Positions 27,601 to 35,284 of a DNA stretch of 64,000 bases are shown in pieces; positions within the stretch are counted from its first letter, which is position 1, and each line of letters begins with the position of its first letter. The stretch comes from an uncultured Planctomycetales bacterium. GTDB lineage: Bacteria > Omnitrophota > Gorgyraeia > Zapsychrales > JBDRMG01. The stretch lies in NCBI GenBank assembly GCA_964478715.1, contig CAYZIY010000001.1, positions 149,196 through 213,195 of the forward strand. Direction: 5' to 3'. The notes beneath the pieces were generated by a model. That model saw only the letters and a list, made by a program, of their open reading frames with translations, was not told where the DNA came from and ran no database searches. A program made the position numbers and the translations under genes.

Positions 27601-29800
27601 CGCTACCAATGCCGCTTTGGCCGGCTACACCGATAACCATAATGAATTTGATCAGATCATCGCGGGGATCGGAGCGGCCGGTTTTGAAATTGACGGATCC
27701 GGTCTGGTGGATGCCCTGGACCACAATGCCAATCCGTTTGGAAGCGATGAATATTATTTTTCCCGCTACCGTTTTCTCTTTACGCCTGCGGTAACCGGCG
27801 AATACTATTTCGGCACCGACAGCGACGACGCTTCCGAGATTTTGGTTAACCGCGCGGACGAAGACCAGGCGCACAATGTGATCGCTTCCTGGTACGGCGG
27901 GCACGGCACGGCCGGTAATTTCAACCATAATGGGGCTGTGAATCTGGAGGCGGACAAAGGCTATTGGGTCGAATACCGCATGACCGAATGGCGCGGCGGG
28001 CAGCTCAGCCGGATGGGTGTTTTGCCGCCGGCCGGTTCGTGGCAGACGCTAAACAGCAGTCATTTCGCAGGCGAATTTTATTGCCGCAACTGCACCGACA
28101 GCAATCTCACCGTGACCGAAGGCGAGGAGATCGGGAATATTGCCAAGCTGGAATTCACCACTTTGCCGCAAACCGTTGTTCAGGGTTTTTCCACGGAATT
28201 GATGTCCGTTCAGACACAGGATGCATCCAGCGTGGCCAGGCCCGTTACTGCCGATACACAAATATTTCTCGAATCCTCGTCTTTGCTCGGGCAGTTCGCG
28301 CCGGAAGACGATCCGGCTAACTGGAGCGCCGATAATACCTTAACGGTTACGATTCCCTCCGGTCAAGATACGGCACGCTTTTACTACAGGGATTTTGAAG
28401 TTGGTCTTCCGACGATCTCCGCGTCCGAATTTCCAACTCAGGGATGGCAGGAGGCCACCCAGCAGCAGACCATTAACAGCGCGGTCAATACATTTCAGGT
28501 GACAGCCGGTGCGGCTCAGGTGACAGGGGAAGCGTTTGCGCTTTCGATCACCGCCATTGACCAAAACGGTAACGTGGCCGTTGATTACAATGATCCGGTT
28601 GATCTTTCCGTGAATTATGTGAGTCCGTTAACAGGCACGGGAGCGCTTTCCGTTGCCGGCGCTACGGCCTTTGTCAACGGGATCGCGGTTTTGAATAATG
28701 TTACTTATTCGAACTGCGGGGTCATCACCATGACGGTAACCAAAAGCGATGATCCGGCTAAAACCGGTTCATCTAGCAATATTTCTTTTGCGCCGGATTC
28801 GTTTTCTTTAGAGTTGTCCGGCCTGGATTTCCTAGCGGCCCACACGGTCAATAAATCCTTCACGCTGAGCGCTACCGCCTTGGATGCGGCGGGAGCTGTT
28901 TGCACAGGCTATCAAGGCCCGGCCTCGCTTTCGGTCAATACTATTGATCCGCCGGCTGATCAGGGGGCCAGCCTTTCGCCCGAGCAATTGGGGAACACGC
29001 TTTGGAATGAAGGAACAGCCGAGATCGCGGAGGCCACTTTCGATCGCTACGGCGAGGTTTCTTTGGTCATCAGCGATGACAATTTATCAACACAACAGGG
29101 GACATCGCAGGAGATTGTTTTTCTTCCCAAAGATTTCCTGGTCAACCTTTCGGATCCTCTGCCGGATAGAGATTTTTATTATACCCATGAACCCATTGAT
29201 ATTTCTGTTGGAGCCCGGGATGAAAACAATGAGCCCGTAGTTAATTATCAGGGGACCGTGGGCTTTGAGGGAACCAGTCTCAGTCTTCCCGAGACTTATA
29301 CATTCATCGATGACGAAGACGGCCGTCATGAGTTTTTGGATATCAGCAGTTCGTTGAGCTTTGAGGAAAAAACTTTAAATGTTTTTGATACGCAGTTTTC
29401 TTTTGTGCAAGGTGAGAGCGAGCCGATCACCGTCAAAGAGGCCCGGATTCAAGTTCTTCCTAACCGGGGTCCGGTGGGGAATCTGCCTTTGACTATTCAG
29501 ATTATTGACGAGGATGATCAGGTGATTGTTGAAGATAACAGCACCTTCTTTACCGTTGATCTTGAGGAATTCATTGATGACGGTTCGGCCACCTCTCATG
29601 CGCTCGGCAATCCCGTTGTGGTCACCGAAGGGACGGCCATGATTATTCTTAATGATGACCAGGCCGAGCAGGTGACGGTCACGCCTGATTCCACGCCCGG
29701 TCTTAAGCCCGTTGCCGGCATCGCCACTTTCGGAACGGTTTCAGGAACAGGGCTGGGTATCCAAATTTATCGAGAGCTAAAAGATGAGGTTGAACAATAA
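24656..29800 (+). CDS. large secreted pilus-associated adhesin: 3x (DUF2341 with inserted PA14-like domain + Ig-like spacer) plus Ig-like C-terminal region
   Basis: Signal peptide; three copies of DG.D(I/L)RFT..LxYWIE..WV(K/R)VP..IY.YYGN; three G.YYFGT.SDDASEIL motifs. Confidence 0.8.
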   Translation: MKINNCRLMYCLLSRPCGCRNAFCRLWPRLFMAGAVLLLISLCLPENLYAYLTGDAWDYEQQITVTNPNAASLSNYQILVAFDSASLITAGQMAADGRDLRFTSAQNDDATLLDYWIESGTINTDATYVWVKVPSLAASSSANIYMYYGNGAAPAVSSLVSTFRSSDLFLLTTRATDQTLAGYTDNHDEFDEIITRIGTPDFAVDGSGYVNAVNHNANPYGSSEYYFSRYRFLFVPSLTGTYYFGTNSDDASEILINSADQDLTHNVIASWYGGHGISGSFNHNSPVSLNAGYGYWIEYRMTEWRGGQLSRMGILPPAGSWQIVNSTNFSGQLFAREYADQEPTVSFPPSKLVFTTSEQTINTDGVSGVITIETQDQFSHVAVASADTAITLSSNSSTGQFSLTADPFTPVSSAIISSGESSVNLYYRDSSSGTFTISVSSAGLTPASQTMNVQNLSAQWDHRIPVIINNADCTDALNDYQVLVTLNTAAIIAQGNMQADGADIRFTDSDDATYLSYWIESDTINSSDTYIWVKVPSVPASASKTIYLYYGNASATEVSSISQTFSADQIYLLTTRATDSGLVGYSDDHSEFDQIVDRIGQAGFTIDGTGYVERIDHNANPFGSDEYYFSRYRFLFTPAVTGEYYFGTDSDDASEILVNRADEDQAHNVIASWYGGHGTAGNFNHNGAVNLEADKGYWVEYRMTEWRGGQLSRMGVLEPGSSFKTLTADNFPGQIFTRKYSTCLPSSTEQFPITRIAFISPSQSIYEDRVSNQITIETQDVNGDPVAVTEDTTINLQTTSSKGEFSLNESPFLAVHSVTISADSSSASFYYRDREAGSYTLSALESPGRGWDDGQQTIEVLVFDYIGSYQYPVTITNPNAEDLSDCQVKVTVDTASLIAEGKMLADGSDIRFTDEDDATLLSYWIESDTMNTAQTYLWVRVPFLASLSNKTIYMYYGNPGAAAVSSIASTFQEDQIYLTTTRATNAALAGYTDNHNEFDQIIAGIGAAGFEIDGSGLVDALDHNANPFGSDEYYFSRYRFLFTPAVTGEYYFGTDSDDASEILVNRADEDQAHNVIASWYGGHGTAGNFNHNGAVNLEADKGYWVEYRMTEWRGGQLSRMGVLPPAGSWQTLNSSHFAGEFYCRNCTDSNLTVTEGEEIGNIAKLEFTTLPQTVVQGFSTELMSVQTQDASSVARPVTADTQIFLESSSLLGQFAPEDDPANWSADNTLTVTIPSGQDTARFYYRDFEVGLPTISASEFPTQGWQEATQQQTINSAVNTFQVTAGAAQVTGEAFALSITAIDQNGNVAVDYNDPVDLSVNYVSPLTGTGALSVAGATAFVNGIAVLNNVTYSNCGVITMTVTKSDDPAKTGSSSNISFAPDSFSLELSGLDFLAAHTVNKSFTLSATALDAAGAVCTGYQGPASLSVNTIDPPADQGASLSPEQLGNTLWNEGTAEIAEATFDRYGEVSLVISDDNLSTQQGTSQEIVFLPKDFLVNLSDPLPDRDFYYTHEPIDISVGARDENNEPVVNYQGTVGFEGTSLSLPETYTFIDDEDGRHEFLDISSSLSFEEKTLNVFDTQFSFVQGESEPITVKEARIQVLPNRGPVGNLPLTIQIIDEDDQVIVEDNSTFFTVDLEEFIDDGSATSHALGNPVVVTEGTAMIILNDDQAEQVTVTPDSTPGLKPVAGIATFGTVSGTGLGIQIYRELKDEVEQ
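26507..26806 (+). repeat. 300-bp exact direct repeat, copy A (PA14 core of module 2)
   Basis: Base-by-base identical to 27725-28024 (offset 1218 nt, in frame). Confidence 0.92.
27725..28024 (+). repeat. 300-bp exact direct repeat, copy B (PA14 core of module 3)
   Basis: Identical to 26507-26806. Confidence 0.92.
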
Positions 29801-30212
29801 GAACCGGGGTTTTACCTTTATCGAGCTGTTGATCACTCTTACGGTTTTAGCGATTTCTTTTCTGCCTTTGATGAATATGTATACCGTGATGATTGACCAA
29901 TCGGTATTTACCAGTGATCTGACATCAGCCCGCTATCTCGCTCAGGAGGAAATGGAGAAAATCAAGAATCGCAATCTCACGGTTCAACAGCTTAAAGAAA
30001 TGGGCGACCGCTGGCATCCGCCGCTTAATGAAAAAGCGCTCGTGTTAAACAAAGAACGCTGGAGGGTTTTAAGGACCATTGAGCCCACAGAACCCTTAAC
30101 GGTTAAAGTTCAGGTCTTCAAAGAAGCCGAACGGATTTCCCGAAAGGAACCCAAGCCGGTTGCCAGTCTTATCACCCTGATCGAAGATTTCCACTGGGCC
30201 ATTACCGATTAA
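29784..30212 (+). CDS. minor pilin, PilV/GspI-like, cassette 2
   Basis: RG|FTFIELLI, LAQEEMEKIK. Confidence 0.78.
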   Translation: MRLNNKNRGFTFIELLITLTVLAISFLPLMNMYTVMIDQSVFTSDLTSARYLAQEEMEKIKNRNLTVQQLKEMGDRWHPPLNEKALVLNKERWRVLRTIEPTEPLTVKVQVFKEAERISRKEPKPVASLITLIEDFHWAITD

Positions 30213-30218
30213 ACCAGA

Positions 30219-31451
30219 ATGCGAAAGACAAACAAAAACATTAACGGCGGTTTGATTTTAATAGAACTATTGATCGCTATTTCTATTGCGGCGGTTTTAA
30301 TCGGGGTCGTGGCCCTCACCATGAAAACAGTTTTTGATATCTATCATTTCGTGCAAAACGAAATGATACTACAGAAAGCCCTCGATGATTCATTGAAGAC
30401 GCTTTCCGACGGAGATTTCCGCAACTATGGGATCAAAGATTCCCTGGAAATCATTAAAGCCGGCCAAACATATCTTTCATTTGTCCCTCCCTGGGTCGAT
30501 GACAGCCACCGGGTTGACAATATGGCCGATCAGAGATTTAGACTCTCTGCTCCCTTTAAGGCCGGTTCCGGACTTCCTCTGGCCGAGGCCAGACCGTATG
30601 GCAAACAGCCCTGGCAGGTTGTGCCGCTTATTTTCTTTTTAAGAGAAACATCCAACGGGGCAATGGAAAAAGACCAGGCGATTATTGCCGCCGAACTCCC
30701 CCCGGGTACTCCGGTGCGCTTTATCTATCATCCCGACACCCGTACTATTCCTGATGCGAGAATGACTCTCCGCTTTTCCCCAGAGACCATCGCGCGCACC
30801 TACAGACAAAAAAAAGAGGTTTTCCCCAAAAGTGATTTCGGCCCTGTGGCCTTCAGAGATGTTTCATTGAAATATTTTGACAATGCCAACAACAGAATGG
30901 AAGCCGGCGCTTCAGGGGAAATCCCTGCGGCCGACATCCCTAAAATCACAGCTGTCAAGTTGAGTATCACGGCTCAGGCGGGGGGCAAGTCAAAGACGGG
31001 TCATGTTTTTATCAATTTGCGCAATACCCGTTCGGTGGGTTCCGGCTTGATTATCCGAAAGGGCGCCACGCTGCCTCTTCCGAATTCCCGCGATATCCGC
31101 GCTTTTAGTCTGCACAACATTATTGGCGTAAAGCCCGGCGGCCTTATCTCTTTATTGGCTCAGTCTGATGAAGGCAACAGCTGGAAAATCAATATCGAGC
31201 TGGATAGTGAGGGTAACAGGGAGCTGATCAAAGGTTATGGGGTGGAATATCCGGCCGGTTCCAATGTTTCGAGCCAGACACTTAATTTAAACACGGATCT
31301 TCCAATCAACTTCCTGAGCCTGGGAGGAAACGGCCGTTATGATTATGACCTTGACGATAATGTGGAAGATGTCGTAAACTTAAAAGGAAAGGTCAAGTTG
31401 ACGGTTTTGGAGATGGACGCCCAAGGGGCCGCGCTTTTCATCCGGCCGTGA
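30219..31451 (+). CDS. large minor pilin, PilW/GspJ-like, with extra domains
   Basis: GG|LILIELLI, KYFD...ITAVKLSI...INLRN core end, followed by ~140 additional aa. Confidence 0.7.
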   Translation: MRKTNKNINGGLILIELLIAISIAAVLIGVVALTMKTVFDIYHFVQNEMILQKALDDSLKTLSDGDFRNYGIKDSLEIIKAGQTYLSFVPPWVDDSHRVDNMADQRFRLSAPFKAGSGLPLAEARPYGKQPWQVVPLIFFLRETSNGAMEKDQAIIAAELPPGTPVRFIYHPDTRTIPDARMTLRFSPETIARTYRQKKEVFPKSDFGPVAFRDVSLKYFDNANNRMEAGASGEIPAADIPKITAVKLSITAQAGGKSKTGHVFINLRNTRSVGSGLIIRKGATLPLPNSRDIRAFSLHNIIGVKPGGLISLLAQSDEGNSWKINIELDSEGNRELIKGYGVEYPAGSNVSSQTLNLNTDLPINFLSLGGNGRYDYDLDDNVEDVVNLKGKVKLTVLEMDAQGAALFIRP

Positions 31452-31486
31452 AGAATTAGTAAGATTAAAATAGTAAGGAGATATGT

Positions 31487-31801
31487 ATGCCAGACAAAAA
31501 CTTTGAAAACCTAAATGAGTTGATGCAGTTTAGCAATGAAGGGATTTACAGCAAAGTTTTGATCAAGAATGAAAAATACCACTACACCCTGATGTGCCTG
31601 GCCAAAGGAAGCGGCATTGACACGCACACTTCCGCCAAAAGCGGTTGCGTGACGGTCTTAAAAGGTAAAGGGACATTTGTTTTAAATCAAGAAAAGATTC
31701 CGCTTTGTCCCGGCGTGTTTATTCCGATGGCCGCCCATGATCCTCACTCTTTATCTGCCGAGGAGGATCTGGCAATTTTGATCGGCCTGCATACGGCTTA
31801 A
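31487..31801 (+). CDS. cupin-domain protein
   Basis: HTSAK...VLKGKG.F...P....PHSL.A. Confidence 0.8.
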   Translation: MPDKNFENLNELMQFSNEGIYSKVLIKNEKYHYTLMCLAKGSGIDTHTSAKSGCVTVLKGKGTFVLNQEKIPLCPGVFIPMAAHDPHSLSAEEDLAILIGLHTA

Positions 31802-31817
31802 AAATGAAAAAAAATTA

Positions 31818-32891
31818 ATGCGCTATTTTTGCCTTCCTCTACTTACTCTATTTATTCTGAGCCCCTGCTTGTCTCTGGGGCAGATGGAGACGATTTCCTC
31901 CCAACCCTGGCCGCTGGAAGAATTTGAAAAGCACGTGTTTAGTATCAGCCTCAACAAGGAGGCCATTCCGGACATTGACAAACCGCATTATATTCCGCCG
32001 CGAGTTGTTGAAGAAGGCATTTTGCCTTATTTAGATAACAGCGATATTGTTTTTGTGTTAGAAGATAAAAAAATGCCCCGCATTTATCCCCGTAAAGTTC
32101 TGGTCTGGCACGAAGTCGTCAATGATGTCATTGACGGGCGGCCTCTTGTGATTACCTACTGTCCTTTAACGGATTCGGCGATCGCTTTTGAAGCGGTTGT
32201 CGATGAAAAGAGGGTTACATTTGGCAAATCCGGCCTTGTTCTTAACAGTAATCTGGTGATGGCAGACCGGGGCACCGGCAGTCCCTGGCCGCAGATGCTG
32301 GGGCAGGCTATTCGGGGTCCTTTAAAGGGAAAAAAACTCAAACGCATTGCGCTTATAACGATGTATTGGAGTCAGGCCAAAAAAGCTTACGCGTCGGCCC
32401 GAATACTTTCCCGCCATACCGGGCATCTGATGGAATACAAAGGGGATCCTTACGGTTCCTATTGGGGAGGCAGCTCCTATTATCAAACCGGAAATCCAAA
32501 ATATCCGGTGATGTCCTGGGATGCGCGCCTTAATCCTAAAACCGTTATCGTTGGTGTTTTAAGCGGATCTCGTCCTGCAGCTGTCAAGAGAGACCTTATC
32601 AGAAAAGAAAAAGTCGTTAATATTCCTTCCGCCGGAAACAACTGTGCGGCTTTCTATGATTCGGCGCTTCGCGCCGTAAGGGTTTTTAGATCATATGCCG
32701 ACAAAAAGCGGCTGACATTTGTATATGAAAACGGGGGAATCAAAGATCTGGAAACAGAGACCCGCTGGTCGCCGCAGGGAGTGGCTCTTGAGGGAAAATT
32801 GAAAGGACAGCACCTTCAGGCGGCCGACTTCTACAATGCCATGTGGTTCGCCTGGGCCGCATTCTATCCGAACACCATTCTTATCCGCTAA
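31818..32891 (+). CDS. DUF3179-family exported protein
   Basis: AIP.ID.P, YP..VL.WHEVVND, TYCPLT, SG....SNLVM.DR.T.S.W.Q, WFAW.AFYP.T. Confidence 0.85.
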   Translation: MRYFCLPLLTLFILSPCLSLGQMETISSQPWPLEEFEKHVFSISLNKEAIPDIDKPHYIPPRVVEEGILPYLDNSDIVFVLEDKKMPRIYPRKVLVWHEVVNDVIDGRPLVITYCPLTDSAIAFEAVVDEKRVTFGKSGLVLNSNLVMADRGTGSPWPQMLGQAIRGPLKGKKLKRIALITMYWSQAKKAYASARILSRHTGHLMEYKGDPYGSYWGGSSYYQTGNPKYPVMSWDARLNPKTVIVGVLSGSRPAAVKRDLIRKEKVVNIPSAGNNCAAFYDSALRAVRVFRSYADKKRLTFVYENGGIKDLETETRWSPQGVALEGKLKGQHLQAADFYNAMWFAWAAFYPNTILIR

Positions 32892-32926
32892 ACGATTCAA
32901 ACATTTCTTCCATCGGTGAAAATCAC

Positions 32927-32955
32927 TTGACAGAAGGGCTTTTGTGGTTTATATT
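32927..32955 (+). promoter_or_regulatory. sigma70 promoter of the fur operon
   Basis: TTGACA-N17-TATATT. Confidence 0.75.
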
Positions 32956-32974
32956 GGTAATGAAAACCATTATC
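32956..32974. promoter_or_regulatory. Fur box overlapping the transcription start
   Basis: GGTAATGAAAACCATTATC matches 16/19 of the consensus GATAATGATAATCATTATC, immediately after the -10 and upstream of a fur gene. Confidence 0.8.
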
Positions 32975-32992
32975 AATAAGGAAACGGCCTTT

Positions 32993-33517
32993 ATGACACC
33001 ATTGCGACATCACAGACGGATGCAGCAAGGACACAGGCCCGGAAGATGTTTCCGGGGCAATCAGTCTTTTGTGCAGGGGCAATTCAGAGGGTGCGGCTAC
33101 CGCATGACCAAGCCCAGAGAAGCAATCATTGAGGTTCTCAGAATGGTCCAGGATCCCTTAAGCGCCGAGGATATATATTTCAGAGTCCATAAAATCTATT
33201 CGGACATCGGCCTGACAACCGTCTATCGGAATTTGGAGCTTTTGGTCTCGATGCAGCTGGTGAACAAATTCGACTTTGGCCATGGTTGTGCCAAATATGA
33301 ATTATCGGATAAAAATCCCAATGTCAAACACCATCATCACCTGATTTGCACCGTTTGCAATCGGGTGATCAGCTACTGTGATTTTATGGATCAGGAACTC
33401 AAATACCTCAAGGAAACCGAAAAGGGACTGGCTAAGAAATATCAGTTTGACATCAAAGATCATGTGATTCAGTTTTACGGTTTATGCAAATCTTGTCAAA
33501 AAAAAGAAAGGAGATGA
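32993..33517 (+). CDS. fur: Fur-family transcriptional repressor
   Basis: RMTKPR, SAEDIY, IGLTTVYRNL, HHHHLICTVC, YGLCKSC; start placed at ATG 32993 after AAGGA. Confidence 0.9.
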   Translation: MTPLRHHRRMQQGHRPGRCFRGNQSFVQGQFRGCGYRMTKPREAIIEVLRMVQDPLSAEDIYFRVHKIYSDIGLTTVYRNLELLVSMQLVNKFDFGHGCAKYELSDKNPNVKHHHHLICTVCNRVISYCDFMDQELKYLKETEKGLAKKYQFDIKDHVIQFYGLCKSCQKKERR

Positions 33518-33522
33518 TCACC

Positions 33523-33873
33523 ATGCCAAGAGGAGACAGAACAGGACCGCAGGGAATGGGACCGATGACAGGCCGTCAGGCCGGTTACTGCGCAGGCTTT
33601 TCTGCACCCGGTTATATGAATCCGGTCGGCACAGGGCGAGGAATGGGCTTTCGTCGAGGCGGGGGACGAGGCGCAGGAGGTTACGGACGCGGCCGGGGTA
33701 TGGGCTGGGGCTGGAACGCTCCCGCTTACGGTTATCCGCAAGCTTATCCGGCAGGTTCCGCCTCGATGAGCAAAGAGGACGAGCTTAACGTATTGCGCCA
33801 GGAAGCGAAAGCTTTGGAGCAAGAGACGCAGTCTATTCAATCCAGAATTATCGAGCTGGAAAAAAACGAATAA
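33523..33873 (+). CDS. DUF5320-family Gly/Arg-rich protein
   Basis: MPRGDRTGP.GMGPMTGR.AGYC, GRG repeats, C-terminal coiled coil. Confidence 0.85.
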   Translation: MPRGDRTGPQGMGPMTGRQAGYCAGFSAPGYMNPVGTGRGMGFRRGGGRGAGGYGRGRGMGWGWNAPAYGYPQAYPAGSASMSKEDELNVLRQEAKALEQETQSIQSRIIELEKNE

Positions 33874-33910
33874 ATAGTCGCGGAAACTCATTGATAAAAG
33901 AAAGGGGAGA

Positions 33911-34291
33911 ATGGTGAAATTTGCCATATCAACAGATGGAGACTTTGTCTCCGCTCATTTTGGCCGGTGTCCGTCTTTTACTTTGGTGGAGGCCGATAAT
34001 GCGCAGGTGACATCAAAAGAAGTTATCGCGAATCCCGGGCATCATCCCGGATTCTTGCCGGAATTTCTGCACAAACAAGACGTAACGGCGATCATTTGCG
34101 GCGGTATGGGCCAGCGGGCGCGTGTGCTTTTTGAGCAAAAGGCGATTCAAGCTATTACCGGATGTGAAGGCTCTGTAGATGAGGCCATCGATGCTTTTGT
34201 TAAAGGAAAACTTGAAAGCCGGGACAATCCATGCGCTCCGCGATCCGGCAAGGGATACGGATTAGATAAAACAGAATGCGACCACGATTAA
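33911..34291 (+). CDS. NifB/NifX-family cluster-binding protein
   Basis: VSAHFGRCP.F, IICGGMG. Confidence 0.88.
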   Translation: MVKFAISTDGDFVSAHFGRCPSFTLVEADNAQVTSKEVIANPGHHPGFLPEFLHKQDVTAIICGGMGQRARVLFEQKAIQAITGCEGSVDEAIDAFVKGKLESRDNPCAPRSGKGYGLDKTECDHD

Positions 34292-34305
34292 AGGAGAATG
34301 ATCAA

Positions 34306-34668
34306 ATGAAATTATGCATTACAGCCACTCAGCCATCTTTGGATGCTGAAATGGATTCTCGTTTTGGACGGTGCCGGTATTTTGCGATTATCGACAGTGA
34401 AACCGGCGAACATGAATTTATCGAAAACAAAAACATTAACGGTGTCGGAGGGGTCGGCATTCAGTCCGCCCAGCTCTTGTCGCAAAAGGGTGTTCAGGCT
34501 GTTGCCACAGGCCAGGTGGGCCCTAATGCCTTTCAGACACTAGCGTCGGCTGGAATTCGGGTTTACAGCGGACTTTCGGGCTCTGTATGCCGGGCGTTTC
34601 AGGAATTTAAGGATGAAAAGTTGACTCCCACTGAAAATCCTGATGCTCAACCAAAATCAGGAATATAA
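34306..34668 (+). CDS. NifB/NifX-family cluster-binding protein
   Basis: DSRFGRCRYF, GGVGIQSAQ, TGQVGPNAF. Confidence 0.88.
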   Translation: MKLCITATQPSLDAEMDSRFGRCRYFAIIDSETGEHEFIENKNINGVGGVGIQSAQLLSQKGVQAVATGQVGPNAFQTLASAGIRVYSGLSGSVCRAFQEFKDEKLTPTENPDAQPKSGI

Positions 34669-34672
34669 TTTC

Positions 34673-35278
34673 ATGGATGAAGGGAAGATTCTTGAGAATC
34701 ATAAAATTTATGCGCAGCGTCTTGAGCGAGCGAAAGAATTCGGATTTGATGTCAATCAAAACTGCCAGCAGATTATTGACCTGGCTCAGCCCATCCGGGG
34801 AAAGATTCTGGAAGTCGGCACCGGCAAAGGGCATTTCTGCCTGAATTTAGCCCAAGCGGGATATCGATTCAAAAGCATCGATCTTTCTTCTCAAGAGCAG
34901 GAGATCGCCCGGTTGAATCTGAAATATTTAAAGGAAGATGATCAGGTTGATTTTCTGATCGCCGATGCCCGCAGACTTCCCTTCGAAGATCAATATTTCG
35001 ACATTGTTTTTGCCGTCAATGTGGCCCATCATTTGGACGAACCGCTTGAGGTGGCCCAAGAAATCTTGAGGGTGGTCAAACAAGGCGGCAAAATGATTTG
35101 TACGGATTTCAATGATGAGGGATTTAACATTATTCACAAAATGCATTACAGCGAAGGCCATCATCATCCCGCCCAAGATTTCCGTTTATCGGATATCGAG
35201 CGCGCCCTGGCCCAGCAGGGTTATGAGATAAAAAAGCACCATACACCAACCCAGGATATATGTATTATCCACAAATAG
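34673..35278 (+). CDS. class I SAM-dependent methyltransferase
   Basis: ILEVGTGKG, DARRLPF.D..FD, RVVK.GG. Confidence 0.85.
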   Translation: MDEGKILENHKIYAQRLERAKEFGFDVNQNCQQIIDLAQPIRGKILEVGTGKGHFCLNLAQAGYRFKSIDLSSQEQEIARLNLKYLKEDDQVDFLIADARRLPFEDQYFDIVFAVNVAHHLDEPLEVAQEILRVVKQGGKMICTDFNDEGFNIIHKMHYSEGHHHPAQDFRLSDIERALAQQGYEIKKHHTPTQDICIIHK

Positions 35279-35284
35279 GGAATC

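Noticed and set aside
26507-28024. Repeat pair as a diversity-generating retroelement TR/VR
   Set aside because: The copies are identical (no adenine-specific mismatches), both are in-frame coding, and no reverse transcriptase is in the window
32843-32992. N-terminal 50 codons of the 224-aa Fur ORF in the track
   Set aside because: This stretch overlaps the upstream gene and contains the promoter and Fur box; the real start is more likely ATG 32993
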